A stretch of 63,885 bases of DNA, filler included, from Octopus bimaculoides (taxonomy: Eukaryota), in the NCBI RefSeq assembly GCF_001194135.2. It is 5 parts of 3 records of this genome, joined end to end, with 100 filler letters (N's around TTAATTAATTAA, not from the genome) between each part and the next. Parts side by side here need not be neighbours in the genome. Positions count along the whole stretch, not along the records: positions 39,827 to 55,050 come from NC_068989.1; 4 more parts are not named here. One strand, written 5' to 3'. This document shows positions 39,865 through 51,912 of the stretch, piece by piece. Position 1 is the first letter of the stretch. Each line of letters opens with the position of its first letter. The notes under the pieces were generated by a model. The model was not told the DNA's origin and did not search any database. It saw nothing but the letters and a program-made list of their open reading frames with translations. A program made the position numbers and the translations under genes.

Positions 39865-40476
39865 ACTAAAACACAACTGAAAGTCTCAGAGTAAACAACG
39901 GAATAGCAAGAAAAAAGACATCCCCTCCCCCTAAAAATTGCTGCTGTTTTCGCAAAATTTGAAATCATTATTTCATGCAATGTTATTGCCTGTTCAAATA
40001 TACTTCTAGCAGGTTTGAACTTGTAAGCAAGCCATTCACTGTTTTGTCACGGAGAAACTTTCTCGCTGTAGACAAATGATGTAAATACACCTAAATAAAC
40101 TCGCAGCATCACCTATCCAGACTGTGAGACGCAAGCATTTCGGAGTGGTTATCTCCTCTTCAGTTCGAACTTGCCACGAGCATATTTGTACTGCTAATAA
40201 CATTGCATTTATACACATCACCGCTTAACGCTCTCACCCCGTAATTTTATTTCATGGCTCGAGACAATTTAATGAACCACCTATATTGAAGTGAAGCTCT
40301 TTTCAACCAATTTGGAGTAGATATGCTAGCTAAGCTGCATTGAGGTTGTACTTACACTAGAACTCGTAAAACTATAATTGGAGGACAGATATGTACATAA
40401 ATTTATGGGGTGAAATTGATGATATAGTGAGAAGAGAGGTTGTTTAGTTTTTGATTTCTTTCTTGAAGTTGTACAA

Positions 40477-40693
40477 CGAGGGGATACTGAAAAATTCCTG
40501 ACTTTGGATAAAAGACAAAATAGGTGAATCAATAAATTATGATTTTATTCAACATATTACCCTCACAGATTCACACACTTATTGTAGCGGTCCTTCAGGT
40601 TTTCTAAGCCCTGTAAAAGAACTCGGAAGTTTGGGCCTCCAGCCAGGCCCTTCACAATACCTTTAAAGCCAGGAACTTTTCAGCAACCTCTCG
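40477..40693. mobile_element. mariner-like MITE
   Basis: Left CGAGGGATACTGAAAAATTCCTGACTTT versus right reverse complement CGAGAGGTTGCTGAAAAGTTCCTGGCTTT; TA on the right flank. Confidence 0.7.
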
Positions 40694-40923
40694 TAGTAGC
40701 CCTCAATACATGTATGAGTGAACACAAAATGCAATGACTTACGTTCACACAGAACGCTTCATCACTATCACTTGTAACTGTAAATTGTGCTTCACAACCA
40801 CGCCAAGCAGATAATTCTTTAATTATGAAAATCTTATTGAAACTGTCGATCTAGATTAATCATTTTCAGTTAGATGATGGAAACGAAATATTTTACTTTA
40901 TAATAATAATAATGGAAATTTTG

Positions 40924-41314
40924 TGGAGGCGCAATGGCCCAGTGGCCCAGTGGTTAGGACAGCGGACTCGCGGGCATAGGATCGCGATTTCGATTTCTAG
41001 ACCGGGCGTTGTGAGTGTTTATTGAGCGAAAACACCTAAAGCTCCACGAGGTTCCGGCAGGGGATGGTGACGAACTCTGCTGTACTTTTTCACCACAACT
41101 TTCTCTCACTCTTACTTCGTGTTTTTGGTGTGCTTGTAATTCAAAGGGTCAGCCTTGTCACACTGTGTCACGCTGAATATCCCCGAGAACTACGTTAAGG
41201 GTACACGTGTCTGTGGAGTTCTCAGCCACTTGCACGTTAATTTTAAGAGCAGGCTGTTCCGTTGATCAGATCAACTGGAACCCTCAACGTCGTAAGCGAC
41301 GGAATGCCAACAAC
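40924..41314 (+). mobile_element. SINE family A, full length with TSD
   Basis: A and B boxes, (CAA)n tail, and a perfect 12-bp TSD AATGGAAATTTT (40911-40922, 41315-41326). Confidence 0.92.
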
Positions 41315-41789
41315 AATGGAAATTTTATTAAAATAAAAAAGGCAAGGTTGCTAGTTCAGTTCTCAGCATGACATCCTGTACACATGTTTTTTGCTATAGC
41401 CTCGAGTCGATCTAAGCCTTCTGAGTGAAACTGAATCGAAGGAAACAGCACAGAAATCTTTTGGATATACTGTCCCTGTAATTTAAAAGCCCCTGCCTAT
41501 TTGCATTGCATCATACTGATTCTATGAGAATTATGTTGAGGGTGTACGTTTATGCGGAATACTCACCGCTTCGCATGTTAATTCAACGATTACGTAGATC
41601 AGTTGGTTGAACATCGACATACATATGCGCTATGTGTGTGAAAGAAAAATATGTATATATAAATGTTAAACAGAATGTAATTAATCAGGAGAAATACTGA
41701 GAGAAGAGTAAAATTTAATATTAAATTCGTGTTGACAGAGACATTAAATTTCGACTGACAGATTATTTAACCTGTCCTACTGAACGCAC

Positions 41790-42120
41790 CAGTGGAAATG
41801 CAATGGCCCAGTGGTTAGGGCATCGGACTCGCGGTCATAGGATCGCGGTTTCGATTCCCAGACCGGGCGTTGTGAATGTTTATTTAGCGAAAACACTTAA
41901 AGCTCCACGAGGCTCCGGCAGGGGATGGTGGCGAACTCTGCTGTACTCTTTCACCACAATTTTCTCTCACTCTTACTTCCTGTTTCTGGTGTGCCTGTAA
42001 TTCAAAGGGCCAGCCTCGTCACACTGTGTCACGCTGAATATACCCGAGAACTACGTTAAGGGTACACGTGTCTGTGGAGTGCTCAGCCACTTGCACGTTA
42101 ATTTCACGAGCAGGCTGTTC
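41790..42120 (+). mobile_element. SINE family A, 3' end lost in gap
   Basis: A box TGGCCCAGTGG, B box GGTTTCGATTCCC and colinear body. Confidence 0.9.
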
Positions 42121-42890
42121 NNNNNNNNNNNNNNNNNNNNNNNNNNNNNNNNNNNNNNNNNNNNNNNNNNNNNNNNNNNNNNNNNNNNNNNNNNNNNNNN
42201 NNNNNNNNNNNNNNNNNNNNNNNNNNNNNNNNNNNNNNNNNNNNNNNNNNNNNNNNNNNNNNNNNNNNNNNNNNNNNNNNNNNNNNNNNNNNNNNNNNNN
42301 NNNNNNNNNNNNNNNNNNNNNNNNNNNNNNNNNNNNNNNNNNNNNNNNNNNNNNNNNNNNNNNNNNNNNNNNNNNNNNNNNNNNNNNNNNNNNNNNNNNN
42401 NNNNNNNNNNNNNNNNNNNNNNNNNNNNNNNNNNNNNNNNNNNNNNNNNNNNNNNNNNNNNNNNNNNNNNNNNNNNNNNNNNNNNNNNNNNNNNNNNNNN
42501 NNNNNNNNNNNNNNNNNNNNNNNNNNNNNNNNNNNNNNNNNNNNNNNNNNNNNNNNNNNNNNNNNNNNNNNNNNNNNNNNNNNNNNNNNNNNNNNNNNNN
42601 NNNNNNNNNNNNNNNNNNNNNNNNNNNNNNNNNNNNNNNNNNNNNNNNNNNNNNNNNNNNNNNNNNNNNNNNNNNNNNNNNNNNNNNNNNNNNNNNNNNN
42701 NNNNNNNNNNNNNNNNNNNNNNNNNNNNNNNNNNNNNNNNNNNNNNNNNNNNNNNNNNNNNNNNNNNNNNNNNNNNNNNNNNNNNNNNNNNNNNNNNNNN
42801 NNNNNNNNNNNNNNNNNNNNNNNNNNNNNNNNNNNNNNNNNNNNNNNNNNNNNNNNNNNNNNNNNNNNNNNNNNNNNNNNNNNNNNNNNT

Positions 42891-43205
42891 GTCTTCTACT
42901 ATAGCCTCGGGCCGACCAAAGCCTTGTGAGTGGATTTGGTAGACGGAAACTGAAAAGAAGCCCGTCGTATATGTATATATATATGTATGTGTGTTTGTGT
43001 GTCTGTGTTTGTCCCCCCACCATCGCTTGACAACCGATGCTGGTGTGTTTACGCCCCCGTAACTTAACGGTTCTGCAAAAAGAGCCCGATAGAATAAGTA
43101 CTAGGCTTACAAAGAATAAGTCCTGGGGTCGATTAGCTCAACTAAAGGCGGTGCTCCAGCATGGCCGCAGTCGAATGACTGAAACAAGTAAAAGAGTAAA
43201 AGAGT
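42891..43205 (+). mobile_element. CORE-type SINE family E, 5' end lost in gap
   Basis: Colinear with 43630-43907 and with the reverse complement of 51600-51912. Confidence 0.85.
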
Positions 43206-43551
43206 AATACACACGCATACACGCAAACACACACACATACATAGACGCACGCACACAAATACACACACACATACACACTCACGCACACAAATACACACAC
43301 ACACACATCTGGGATTGATAGAAAGTAAATGGGAGAAGGGAAACAGCCACCAAAGAAAATGTGATTTCTAAAAGTTCGGTAAAGACGGTTCACTTAGTTC
43401 CACGCAAGACACCTGACCAAATAATATATTACCGTTTTTCCATTTCTCCGTTCTGTGTAAATAAACGACATATTGTCTATAGACCGCAATGGCGATATAG
43501 ATACAATATACCACTGCTTTATGAGCAAAAATATGGTGAATAGTTATTTTT

Positions 43552-43715
43552 GAGTGGCTGTGTGGTAAGTAGCCTGCTTACCAACCACATGGTTCCGGGT
43601 TCAATTCCACTGCGTGGCACCTTGGGCAAGTGTCTTCTACTATAGCCTCGGGCTGACCAAAGCCTTGTGAGTGGATTTGGTAAACGGAAACTGGAAGAAG
43701 CCCGTCGTATATATG

Positions 43716-43752
<37 letters not shown>

Positions 43753-43907
43753 GTTTGTGTGTCTGTGTTTGTATCCCCCCCCCAACATCGCTTGACAAAC
43801 GATGCTGGTGTGTTTATGTCCCCGTCACTTAGCGGTTCGGCAAAAAAGACCGATAGAATAAGTACTAGGCTTACAAAGAATAAGTCCCGGGGTCGATTTT
43901 CTCGACT
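43552..43907 (+). mobile_element. CORE-type tRNA-derived SINE family E
   Basis: A box TGGCTGTGTGG, B box GGTTCAATTCC, CORE-like GGCACCTTGGGCAAGTGTCTT and an internal (TA)n(TG)n tract. Confidence 0.85.
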
Positions 43908-44476
43908 NNNNNNNNNNNNNNNNNNNNNNNNNNNNNNNNNNNNNNNNNNNNNNNNNNNNNNNNNNNNNNNNNNNNNNNNNNNNNNNNNNNNNNNNNNNNN
44001 NNNNNNNNNNNNNNNNNNNNNNNNNNNNNNNNNNNNNNNNNNNNNNNNNNNNNNNNNNNNNNNNNNNNNNNNNNNNNNNNNNNNNNNNNNNNNNNNNNNN
44101 NNNNNNNNNNNNNNNNNNNNNNNNNNNNNNNNNNNNNNNNNNNNNNNNNNNNNNNNNNNNNNNNNNNNNNNNNNNNNNNNNNNNNNNNNNNNNNNNNNNN
44201 NNNNNNNNNNNNNNNNNNNNNNNNNNNNNNNNNNNNNNNNNNNNNNNNNNNNNNNNNNNNNNNNNNNNNNNNNNNNNNNNNNNNNNNNNNNNNNNNNNNN
44301 NNNNNNNNNNNNNNNNNNNNNNNNNNNNNNNNNNNNNNNNNNNNNNNNNNNNNNNNNNNNNNNNNNNNNNNNNNNNNNNNNNNNNNNNNNNNNNNNGATG
44401 TGTCTGTGCGTGACTCTGTGCATCTGAATATACGTGGATATCTATGTATGTATGTATGTATGTATCTATCTATCTA

Positions 44477-44540
<64 letters not shown>

Positions 44541-44541
44541 G

Positions 44542-44572
<31 letters not shown>

Positions 44573-45030
44573 AGCACGATTCCCAAACGTAACGTTTTGC
44601 ATTTATAATTTACTCTCTTTGTCGGTGTATTTATTTATATCAAATTCGCATACATTCTCTCATACTTACACACACATTAACATAAACATGATTCCAAGCC
44701 ACAAGGCATTTCCCCTTCCCCTCCCCACGTCTCTCAACATCACCTTCTGCACCACCTCCTGCACGTCGCTGATAATCGTAGCTATATATATCCCGGCATG
44801 CATCTACTTTTAATATCACACTTTAGCTGTCTAATTGTCGCCTTCCATATATGGAATCGATGTTTGTCAGATTAGAGTTGGATTTACACAAAATGTCCAA
44901 GAGATTCCAACAAGGATTCCACTTATGTTTACCAAACTTCTTCGACGATTCCTTCAGACGCAAATTTCTTCTTTTTTACGTTGTTGATGTTGTTATGGCG
45001 GTTGTGGTTGTTGTTGTTGACGTCGCCGTC

Positions 45031-46345
45031 ACCTCCTCCTCTCCTCCTCCTTCACCTCCTCCTCCTTTCCTCCTCCTCCACCTCCTCCCTTCATCCTCCT
45101 CCCTTCATCCTCCTCCCTTCTTCCTCCTCCCTTCTTCCTCCTCCCTTCTTCCTCCTCCCCTCCTCCTCCCTTCCTCCCTTCTTCCTACTCCTCCACTTCC
45201 TCCTCCTCCTCATCATCATCCTTCCCTCCTTCCTCCAACTCATTGTCTTCTTCTTCTTCTTCTTCTCCTTCTCCTCCTCCTTCTCCTCCTCCTTCTTCTC
45301 CTCCTCCTTCTCCTCCTTCTTCTCCTCTTCCTTCTTCTTCTTCTTCTTCTTCTTCTTCTTCTCCTCCTCCTCCTTCTTCTTCTTCTTCTTCTCCTCCTTC
45401 TCCTCCTCCTTCTCCTCCTCCTTCTTCTCCTCCTCCTTCTCCNNNNNNNNNNNNNNNNNNNNNNNNNNNNNNNNNNNNNNNNNNNNNNNNNNNNNNNNNN
45501 NNNNNNNNNNNNNNNNNNNNNNNNNNNNNNNNNNNNNNNNNNNNNNNNNNNNNNNNNNNNNNNNNNNNNNNNNNNNNNNNNNNNNNNNNNNNNNNNNNNN
45601 NNNNNNNNNNNNNNNNNNNNNNNNNNNNNNNNNNNNNNNNNNNNNNNNNNNNNNNNNNNNNNNNNNNNNNNNNNNNNNNNNNNNNNNNNNNNNNNNNNNN
45701 NNNNNNNNNNNNNNNNNNNNNNNNNNNNNNNNNNNNNNNNNNNNNNNNNNNNNNNNNNNNNNNNNNNNNNNNNNNNNNNNNNNNNNNNNNNNNNNNNNNN
45801 NNNNNNNNNNNNNNNNNNNNNNNNNNNNNNNNNNNNNNNNNNNNNNNNNNNNNNNNNNNNNNNNNNNNNNNNNNNNNNNNNNNNNNNNNNNNNNNNNNNN
45901 NNNNNNNNNNNNNNNNNNNNNNNNNNNNNNNNNNNNNNNNNNNNNNNNNNNNNNNNNNNNNNNNNNNNNNNNNNNNNNNNNNNNNNNNNNNNNNNNNNNN
46001 NNNNNNNNNNNNNNNNNNNNNNCTTCTTCTTCTTCTTCTTCTCCTCCTCCTCCTTCTTCTTCTTCTTCTTCTTCTTCTTCTCCTCCTCCTTCTTCTTCTC
46101 CTTCTTCTTCTCCTCCTCCTTCTTCTTGTTCTTCTTCTTCTCCTCCTCCTTCTTCTTGTTCTTCTTCTTCTTCTTCTTCTTCTCCTCCTCCTTCTTCTTC
46201 TTCTTCTTATTCTTCTTCTCCTCCTCCTCCTCCTCCTCCTCCTCCTTCTTCTTCTTATTCTTATTCTTCTTCTCCTCCTCCTCCTTCTTCTTCTTCTTCT
46301 TCTTCTTCTTCTTCTTCTTCTTCTTCTTCTTCTTCTTCTTCTTCG
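45031..46345. repeat. Polypyrimidine (CTT/CCT)n tract spanning a gap
   Basis: Almost pure C/T triplets on the plus strand on both sides of the N gap. Confidence 0.95.
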
Positions 46346-46684
46346 TCGTCGTCGTCTTCGTCTTGTCTTTATATTTCTCCTGTGATTTCTCTGTTAGCCG
46401 TTGTTTGTTCTTTCTGTTATTCTCGTATCTTTTCTCTCTTTTCGTCTATATTTTTACTTGCCTTCACTTACCACTTTCTATACCTTTCTCCCCGTATTCA
46501 CTCTGCCTCTCTGCCTCTCTGTCTGCTGACTGTCTATCTGTCTGTCTGTCTGTCTGTCTCTGTTTTTCTCCCTGTCTGCCTGTCTGTCTGCCTTTCTTTC
46601 ACTTTCTCTTTCACTTTGCATCCTGTCGTTCATTATACCATTTTCGTTGTTGCATTTCCCACTATGAGAAATTAATACAGCAGC

Positions 46685-46734
<50 letters not shown>

Positions 46735-46827
46735 TAGTAGTACGAGGAGGAGGAGGAGGAGGAGGTTTAAAAGTAATAATACTGATAATGATGGTTACGA
46801 TAATGATGATGATGATGATGATGATGT

Positions 46828-48165
46828 GAGGGTGTCACATCCTGGGTGGCACATATGGGGAGCCCTATGACACACTTACGAGGGTGGTACATATGGGAAA
46901 CCCTATGGCACACTTAAGAGGGTGTCACATCTTGGACGGCACATATGGGGAGCCCTTTGGCACACTTACGAGGGTGGCACATCCTGGGCGGCACAAACTA
47001 TGTGGCACATATGGGGAGCCCTATGGCACATTTCCAAGGGTGGCACATCCCGGGTGGAACATATGGGGAACACTATGGCACAATTACGAGGGTGGCACAT
47101 CCTGGGCGGAACATATGGGGAGCCCTATGGCATAATTACGAGGGTGGCACATCCTGGGCGGCACATATGGGGAGCCCTATGGCACACTTACGAGAGTGGC
47201 ACCTGCTGGGCGGCACATCCTTGGCGGCACATATGGGGAACCCTATGGCACACATACGAGGGTGGCACATCCTGGGCGGCACATATCGGGAGCCCTANNN
47301 NNNNNNNNNNNNNNNNNNNNNNNNNNNNNNNNNNNNNNNNNNNNNNNNNNNNNNNNNNNNNNNNNNNNNNNNNNNNNNNNNNNNNNNNNNNNNNNNNNNN
47401 NNNNNNNNNNNNNNNNNNNNNNNNNNNNNNNNNNNNNNNNNNNNNNNNNNNNNNNNNNNNNNNNNNNNNNNNNNNNNNNNNNNNNNNNNNNNNNNNNNNN
47501 NNNNNNNNNNNNNNNNNNNNNNNNNNNNNNNNNNNNNNNNNNNNNNNNNNNNNNNNNNNNNNNNNNNNNNNNNNNNNNNNNNNNNNNNNNNNNNNNNNNN
47601 NNNNNACATCCTGGGCGGCACATCCTGGGCGGCACATCCTGGGCGGCACATCCTGGGCGGCACATCCTGGGCTGCACATATGGGGAGCCCTATGGCACAC
47701 CTACGAGGGTGGCACATCCTGGGTGGTACATCCTGGGTGGTACATCCTGGGTGGTACATCCTGGGTGTCACATATGACGAGCACTATGGCACACTTACGA
47801 GGGTGGCACATCCTGGGCGGCACATATGGGGAACTCTATTGCACACTTACGAGGGTGGCACATCCTGTGGGGCATAAAGGGGAGCCCTATGGCACACTTA
47901 GGAGGGTGCCACAACTTGTTTTGCACATATGGGGATCCCCATGGCACACTTACGAGGGTGACACATTTTGAGCGGCATATATGGAGAGCCCTATGGCACA
48001 CTTGCGAGGGTGGTACATCCTGGGCGGCACACATAGGGAGCCCTATGCCACCCTTACTAGGGTGGCACATCCTGGACAGCACATATGGGGAGCATCATGG
48101 CACACTTACAAGGGTGGCACATCCGGGTTGGCACATGTGGGGAGCCCTATGGAACTTCCGAGGAA
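46828..48165. repeat. GC-rich 52-bp minisatellite with 14-bp sub-array
   Basis: Unit CACATATGGGGAGCCCTATGGCACACTTACGAGGGTGGCACATCCTGGGCGG; the sub-unit GGCACATCCTGGGC is separately amplified near 47606-47765. Confidence 0.9.
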
Positions 48166-48179
48166 GGCACTTCCGTGGG

Positions 48180-48440
48180 TGGCATTGCCGAACCGCTAGA
48201 TCGCGGGAAGTGAGGGTGGGTATTTCATCGATCTCCTTGGCCGAACAACTAGGTTACGTGGGGAGTGGGGCATTTTATCGATCTCCATTGTCAAACCGCT
48301 AATTTACAGGGGGGGAATTTTATCGATATCCATTCTCGAAACGGTAATTTACGGGGAAGGGGTAGTATTTTATCGATCTCCATTGCCGAACCGCAAGGTT
48401 ACGGGGAGAGGGGGGGTTTCGAACTCCATAGCCGAACAGC
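48180..48440. repeat. Degenerate array of the SINE-derived 42-bp unit
   Basis: Repeated TTTATCGATCTCCATTGCCGAAC...TTACGGGG with added G-rich spacers. Confidence 0.7.
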
Positions 48441-49234
48441 TAGGTTGTGTGGGGGAAAGGAATGCTCGACATTCCAGTGAGGGGGATTTGAGGGGAAAAG
48501 NNNNNNNNNNNNNNNNNNNNNNNNNNNNNNNNNNNNNNNNNNNNNNNNNNNNNNNNNNNNNNNNNNNNNNNNNNNNNNNNNNNNNNNNNNNNNNNNNNNN
48601 NNNNNNNNNNNNNNNNNNNNNNNNNNNNNNNNNNNNNNNNNNNNNNNNNNNNNNNNNNNNNNNNNNNNNNNNNNNNNNNNNNNNNNNNNNNNNNNNNNNN
48701 NNNNNNNNNNNNNNNNNNNNNNNNNNNNNNNNNNNNNNNNNNNNNNNNNNNNNNNNNNNNNNNNNNNNNNNNNNNNNNNNNNNNNNNNNNNNNNNNNNNN
48801 NNNNNNNNNNNNNNNNNNNNNNNNNNNNNNNNNNNNNNNNNNNNNNNNNNNNNNNNNNNNNNNNNNNNNNNNNNNNNNNNNNNNNNNNNNNNNNNNNNNN
48901 NNNNNNNNNNNNNNNNNNNNNNNNNNNNNNNNNNNNNNNNNNNNNNNNNNNNNNNNNNNNNNNNNNNNNNNNNNNNNNNNNNNNNNNNNNNNNNNNNNNN
49001 NNNNNNNNNNNNNNNNNNNNNNNNNNATATTGAGACTGAAAGGGGAGAAAGTGTAGGAATTATTTTCTTCAACATTATGGAGAAGGGGATTTTGGACATG
49101 AGGGGGAGGAAGGGGAGGAAGGAATCTTCAAAATTACCTAGAGGGGTATTTGAGAGATTGAGGGGAGGAAGGTGACGTTTCTCTCTCTCTCACTCTCTGT
49201 CTCTCTAAATCTCTCTCCCGCTCGCTTGCTCTCT

Positions 49235-49293
<59 letters not shown>

Positions 49294-49410
49294 ACACTCT
49301 CTCTCGCTTGCCCACTTTCTCTCTCCCTCTAGCACTCGCTCTCTCTCTCTCTCTCACCCTCTCTCTCTTTCACTCTCTCTCTATCTCTCTCCCACTCTTT
49401 CTCTCTCTGA

Positions 49411-49825
49411 TATTTTATCAATCGCCATTGCCGAACTGCTAAGTTACGGGGACATTTTATCGATCTCCCCTGCCGAACCGCTAATTTACGGGGACAATTT
49501 ATCGATCTTTATTGCCGAACTGCTCAGTTACAGGGACATTTTATCGATCACCACTGCGAAGCTGCTAAATTTACGGGGACATTTTATCGAACCCTATTGC
49601 CGAATCGCTAAGTTACGGGGATATTTAATCAATCACTATTGACGAACCTCTAATTTACGGGGACATTTTATCAATCTCTATTGCCGAACCGCTAGTTACG
49701 GGGACATTTTATCGATCACCGAACCGCTACGTTACGAGGACATTTTATCGATCTCAACTGCCGAACCGCTAAGATACGTTGACATTTTATCGATCTCTTT
49801 TGCCAAACCGCTAATTACGGCGTTA
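49411..49825. repeat. About 10 tandem copies of a 42-bp unit derived from SINE family E
   Basis: Consensus ATTTTATCGATCTCCATTGCCGAACCGCTAAGTTACGGGGAC matches SINE positions 51704-51745 at 37 of 42 bases. Confidence 0.88.
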
Positions 49826-49869
49826 TTTTATCGATTTTATCTGTCTCGCTCTCTCTCTGTCTCTCTCCC

Positions 49870-50015
49870 TCTGGAATATTCAACATTCCAGAGAGGGGGA
49901 TTGACAGGGAAAGGAGAGGAAGGGGATGAGGTAATCTTCAACATTCCAGAGAGGGGGATTTGAGAGAGGAAGGGGAGGTAGGAGTCTTCAACATTCCAGA
50001 GAGGGGCATTTGAGA
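49870..50015. repeat. Purine-rich ~50-bp tandem repeat (3 copies; relics at about 48465-48500 and 49055-49170)
   Basis: Recurring CAACATTCCAGAGAGGGG. Confidence 0.7.
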
Positions 50016-50034
50016 TGGTAAGTGGGCTGCGTGT

Positions 50035-50290
50035 AGTGTTCTTGAGCAAGACACTTTATTTCACGTTGCTCCAGTTCACTCAGCTGTAGAAATGAGCTGT
50101 GACGTCACAGGTGCCAAGCTGTATCGGCCCCTTTGCCTTTCCCTTGGATAGCACTGGTGGCGTGGAGAGGGGAGGCTGGTATGCATGGGCGACTGCTGGT
50201 CTTCCATAAACAACCTTGCCAGGACTTGTGCCTGGGAGGGTAACTTTTTAGGTGCAATCCCATGATCAGTCCTGACCGAAGGAGGTCTCA
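50035..50290 (+). mobile_element. SINE family C, headless copy
   Basis: GTGTTCTTGAGCAAGACACTTTATTTCACG...CACTCAGCTG is shared with the minus-strand copy at 19810-20072. Confidence 0.6.
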
Positions 50291-50349
50291 GCATATATAT
50301 ACATATATATAGTTCTATAGACATTCCCTCGTCGTTATTTCCATAGGAA

Positions 50350-50562
50350 ATTCTTAGCACGCAGGGCGAAATGGCTAGCGGTATTTCGTCGGTCGCTACT
50401 TTCTGAGTTGAAATTCTGCCGAGGTCGACTTTACCTTTCATCTTTTCGGGATCGATAAATTAAGAACCAGTTGCGAACTGGGGTCGATCTAATCGACTGG
50501 TCCCCCCACCCACCCCACCTCTCAAAAAATTTCAGGCCTTGTGCCTATAGTAGAAAGGATTA
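50350..50562 (+). mobile_element. SINE-like family B
   Basis: Colinear with the other family B copies. Confidence 0.8.
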
Positions 50563-51599
50563 TGTCCATAATTAAATATTATGAAGAAGTGATGGGTCCG
50601 TTAGAAACGCCAATGAACACAAGATGCGTCTATAACAACGGGAATTGAACCCTGTGTGACTGCCTTACACAGCGCGTCCATACATAGCTAGGATCATGAG
50701 TAGAATATATCTACAAGCCGCTGTACCAGTTAGCTATACAGTTATTGGACCGATCAGACATCACAGTTACTATGCGGTCATTCAGCATGCTAGAAATAGC
50801 AACCAAACTTTCCTCAAATTACACAACATTATGTTTTTAAAAACAGGAAGAAAGGATTATTATTGTCGTGGATATGAAAGACAAACATTAACAACTGCGA
50901 TTTTCTTGGACTGAAGTATTTTGATCATAAGTGTACTCAAATAGATTAGTCCTAGAGCTAAACAACTAAAACAACGACAACAACAGTAGCAAATATATTT
51001 AATAATGTGTGAATGAGATCAAATCAGAAGAGAAACTTGATGCTATAAGCAAATATTTTGAGAAAACTTTCCAAGATTTTAGTTACACATTTGGAGAATT
51101 ATAGAGCCATCTGTCTAGCAAAACTGATGAAGATATCTCTAACGTAAACTGATGCGATATTATCAGTATAATAATAATAATAATAACATGATCGCAATTT
51201 TGTATTCCGATATACATTTATATTTTACCAGATAAAAATATTGTCAGTAAGTTACTTGTAAAATACTAGCATCTTTTTTTATAGGATTGGAGTAAACAAG
51301 ATAGCAAGAATTAGTATAGACACAAACAGCATTGATAACAATTGATGCACTGATTGGTATGACATGTGATGAAATAGAAACAAAAGACATAAACACAATA
51401 TACTTATGTAAGAGAGCTTATATAAATATACCCTATATATGTAACCAAATCACTGTCAGCTTTTCCTCTCATCGTCTGTGTAACGATTTTAGGCTTGAGA
51501 TAAAAGACGATAGAAAGAATTAACAGACATAAACGTCATTGATAACAATTGGTGCACTGAGTGGTGGCCTGTGATGAAATATATACTCTTTTTTTTTTT

Positions 51600-51912
51600 T
51601 TACTCTTTTTCCTGTTTCAGTCTTTTGACTGTGGCCATGCTGGAGCACCGCCTTTAGTCGAGCAAATCGACCCCAGGACTTATTCTTTGGAAGCCTAGTA
51701 CTTATTCTATCGGTCTCTTTTGCCGAACGGCTAAGTTACGGGGACGTAAACACACCAGCATCGGTTGTCAAGCAATGCTAGGGGGACAAACACTATATAT
51801 AAGACGGGCTTCTTTTCAGTTTCCGTCTACCAAATCCACTCACAAGGCTTTGGTCGGCCTGAGGCTATAGTAGAAGACACTTGCTCAAGGTGCCACGCAG
51901 TGTGACTGAACC
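51600..51912 (-). mobile_element. CORE-type SINE family E
   Basis: Reverse complement of the 42891/43552 copies; truncated by a gap. Confidence 0.85.

Noticed and set aside
44851-46698. 615-, 564- and 380-aa poly-L/F/S/P ORFs
   Set aside because: Translations of the CTT/CCT tract plus a gap; open only because the repeat lacks stops.
46884-48302. His/Gly-rich ORFs as a beak- or suckerin-like structural protein
   Set aside because: The 52-bp period cycles through all three frames and indels are not frame-preserving; no signal peptide or splice structure was found.
49411-49825. CRISPR-like repeat array
   Set aside because: Eukaryotic context, head-to-tail units without unique spacers, no cas genes, and the unit derives from a SINE.
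51318-51581. ~58-bp direct repeat pair about 207 bp apart
   Set aside because: Only two diverged copies with no TG..CA ends, PBS or PPT; treated as an ordinary local duplication.
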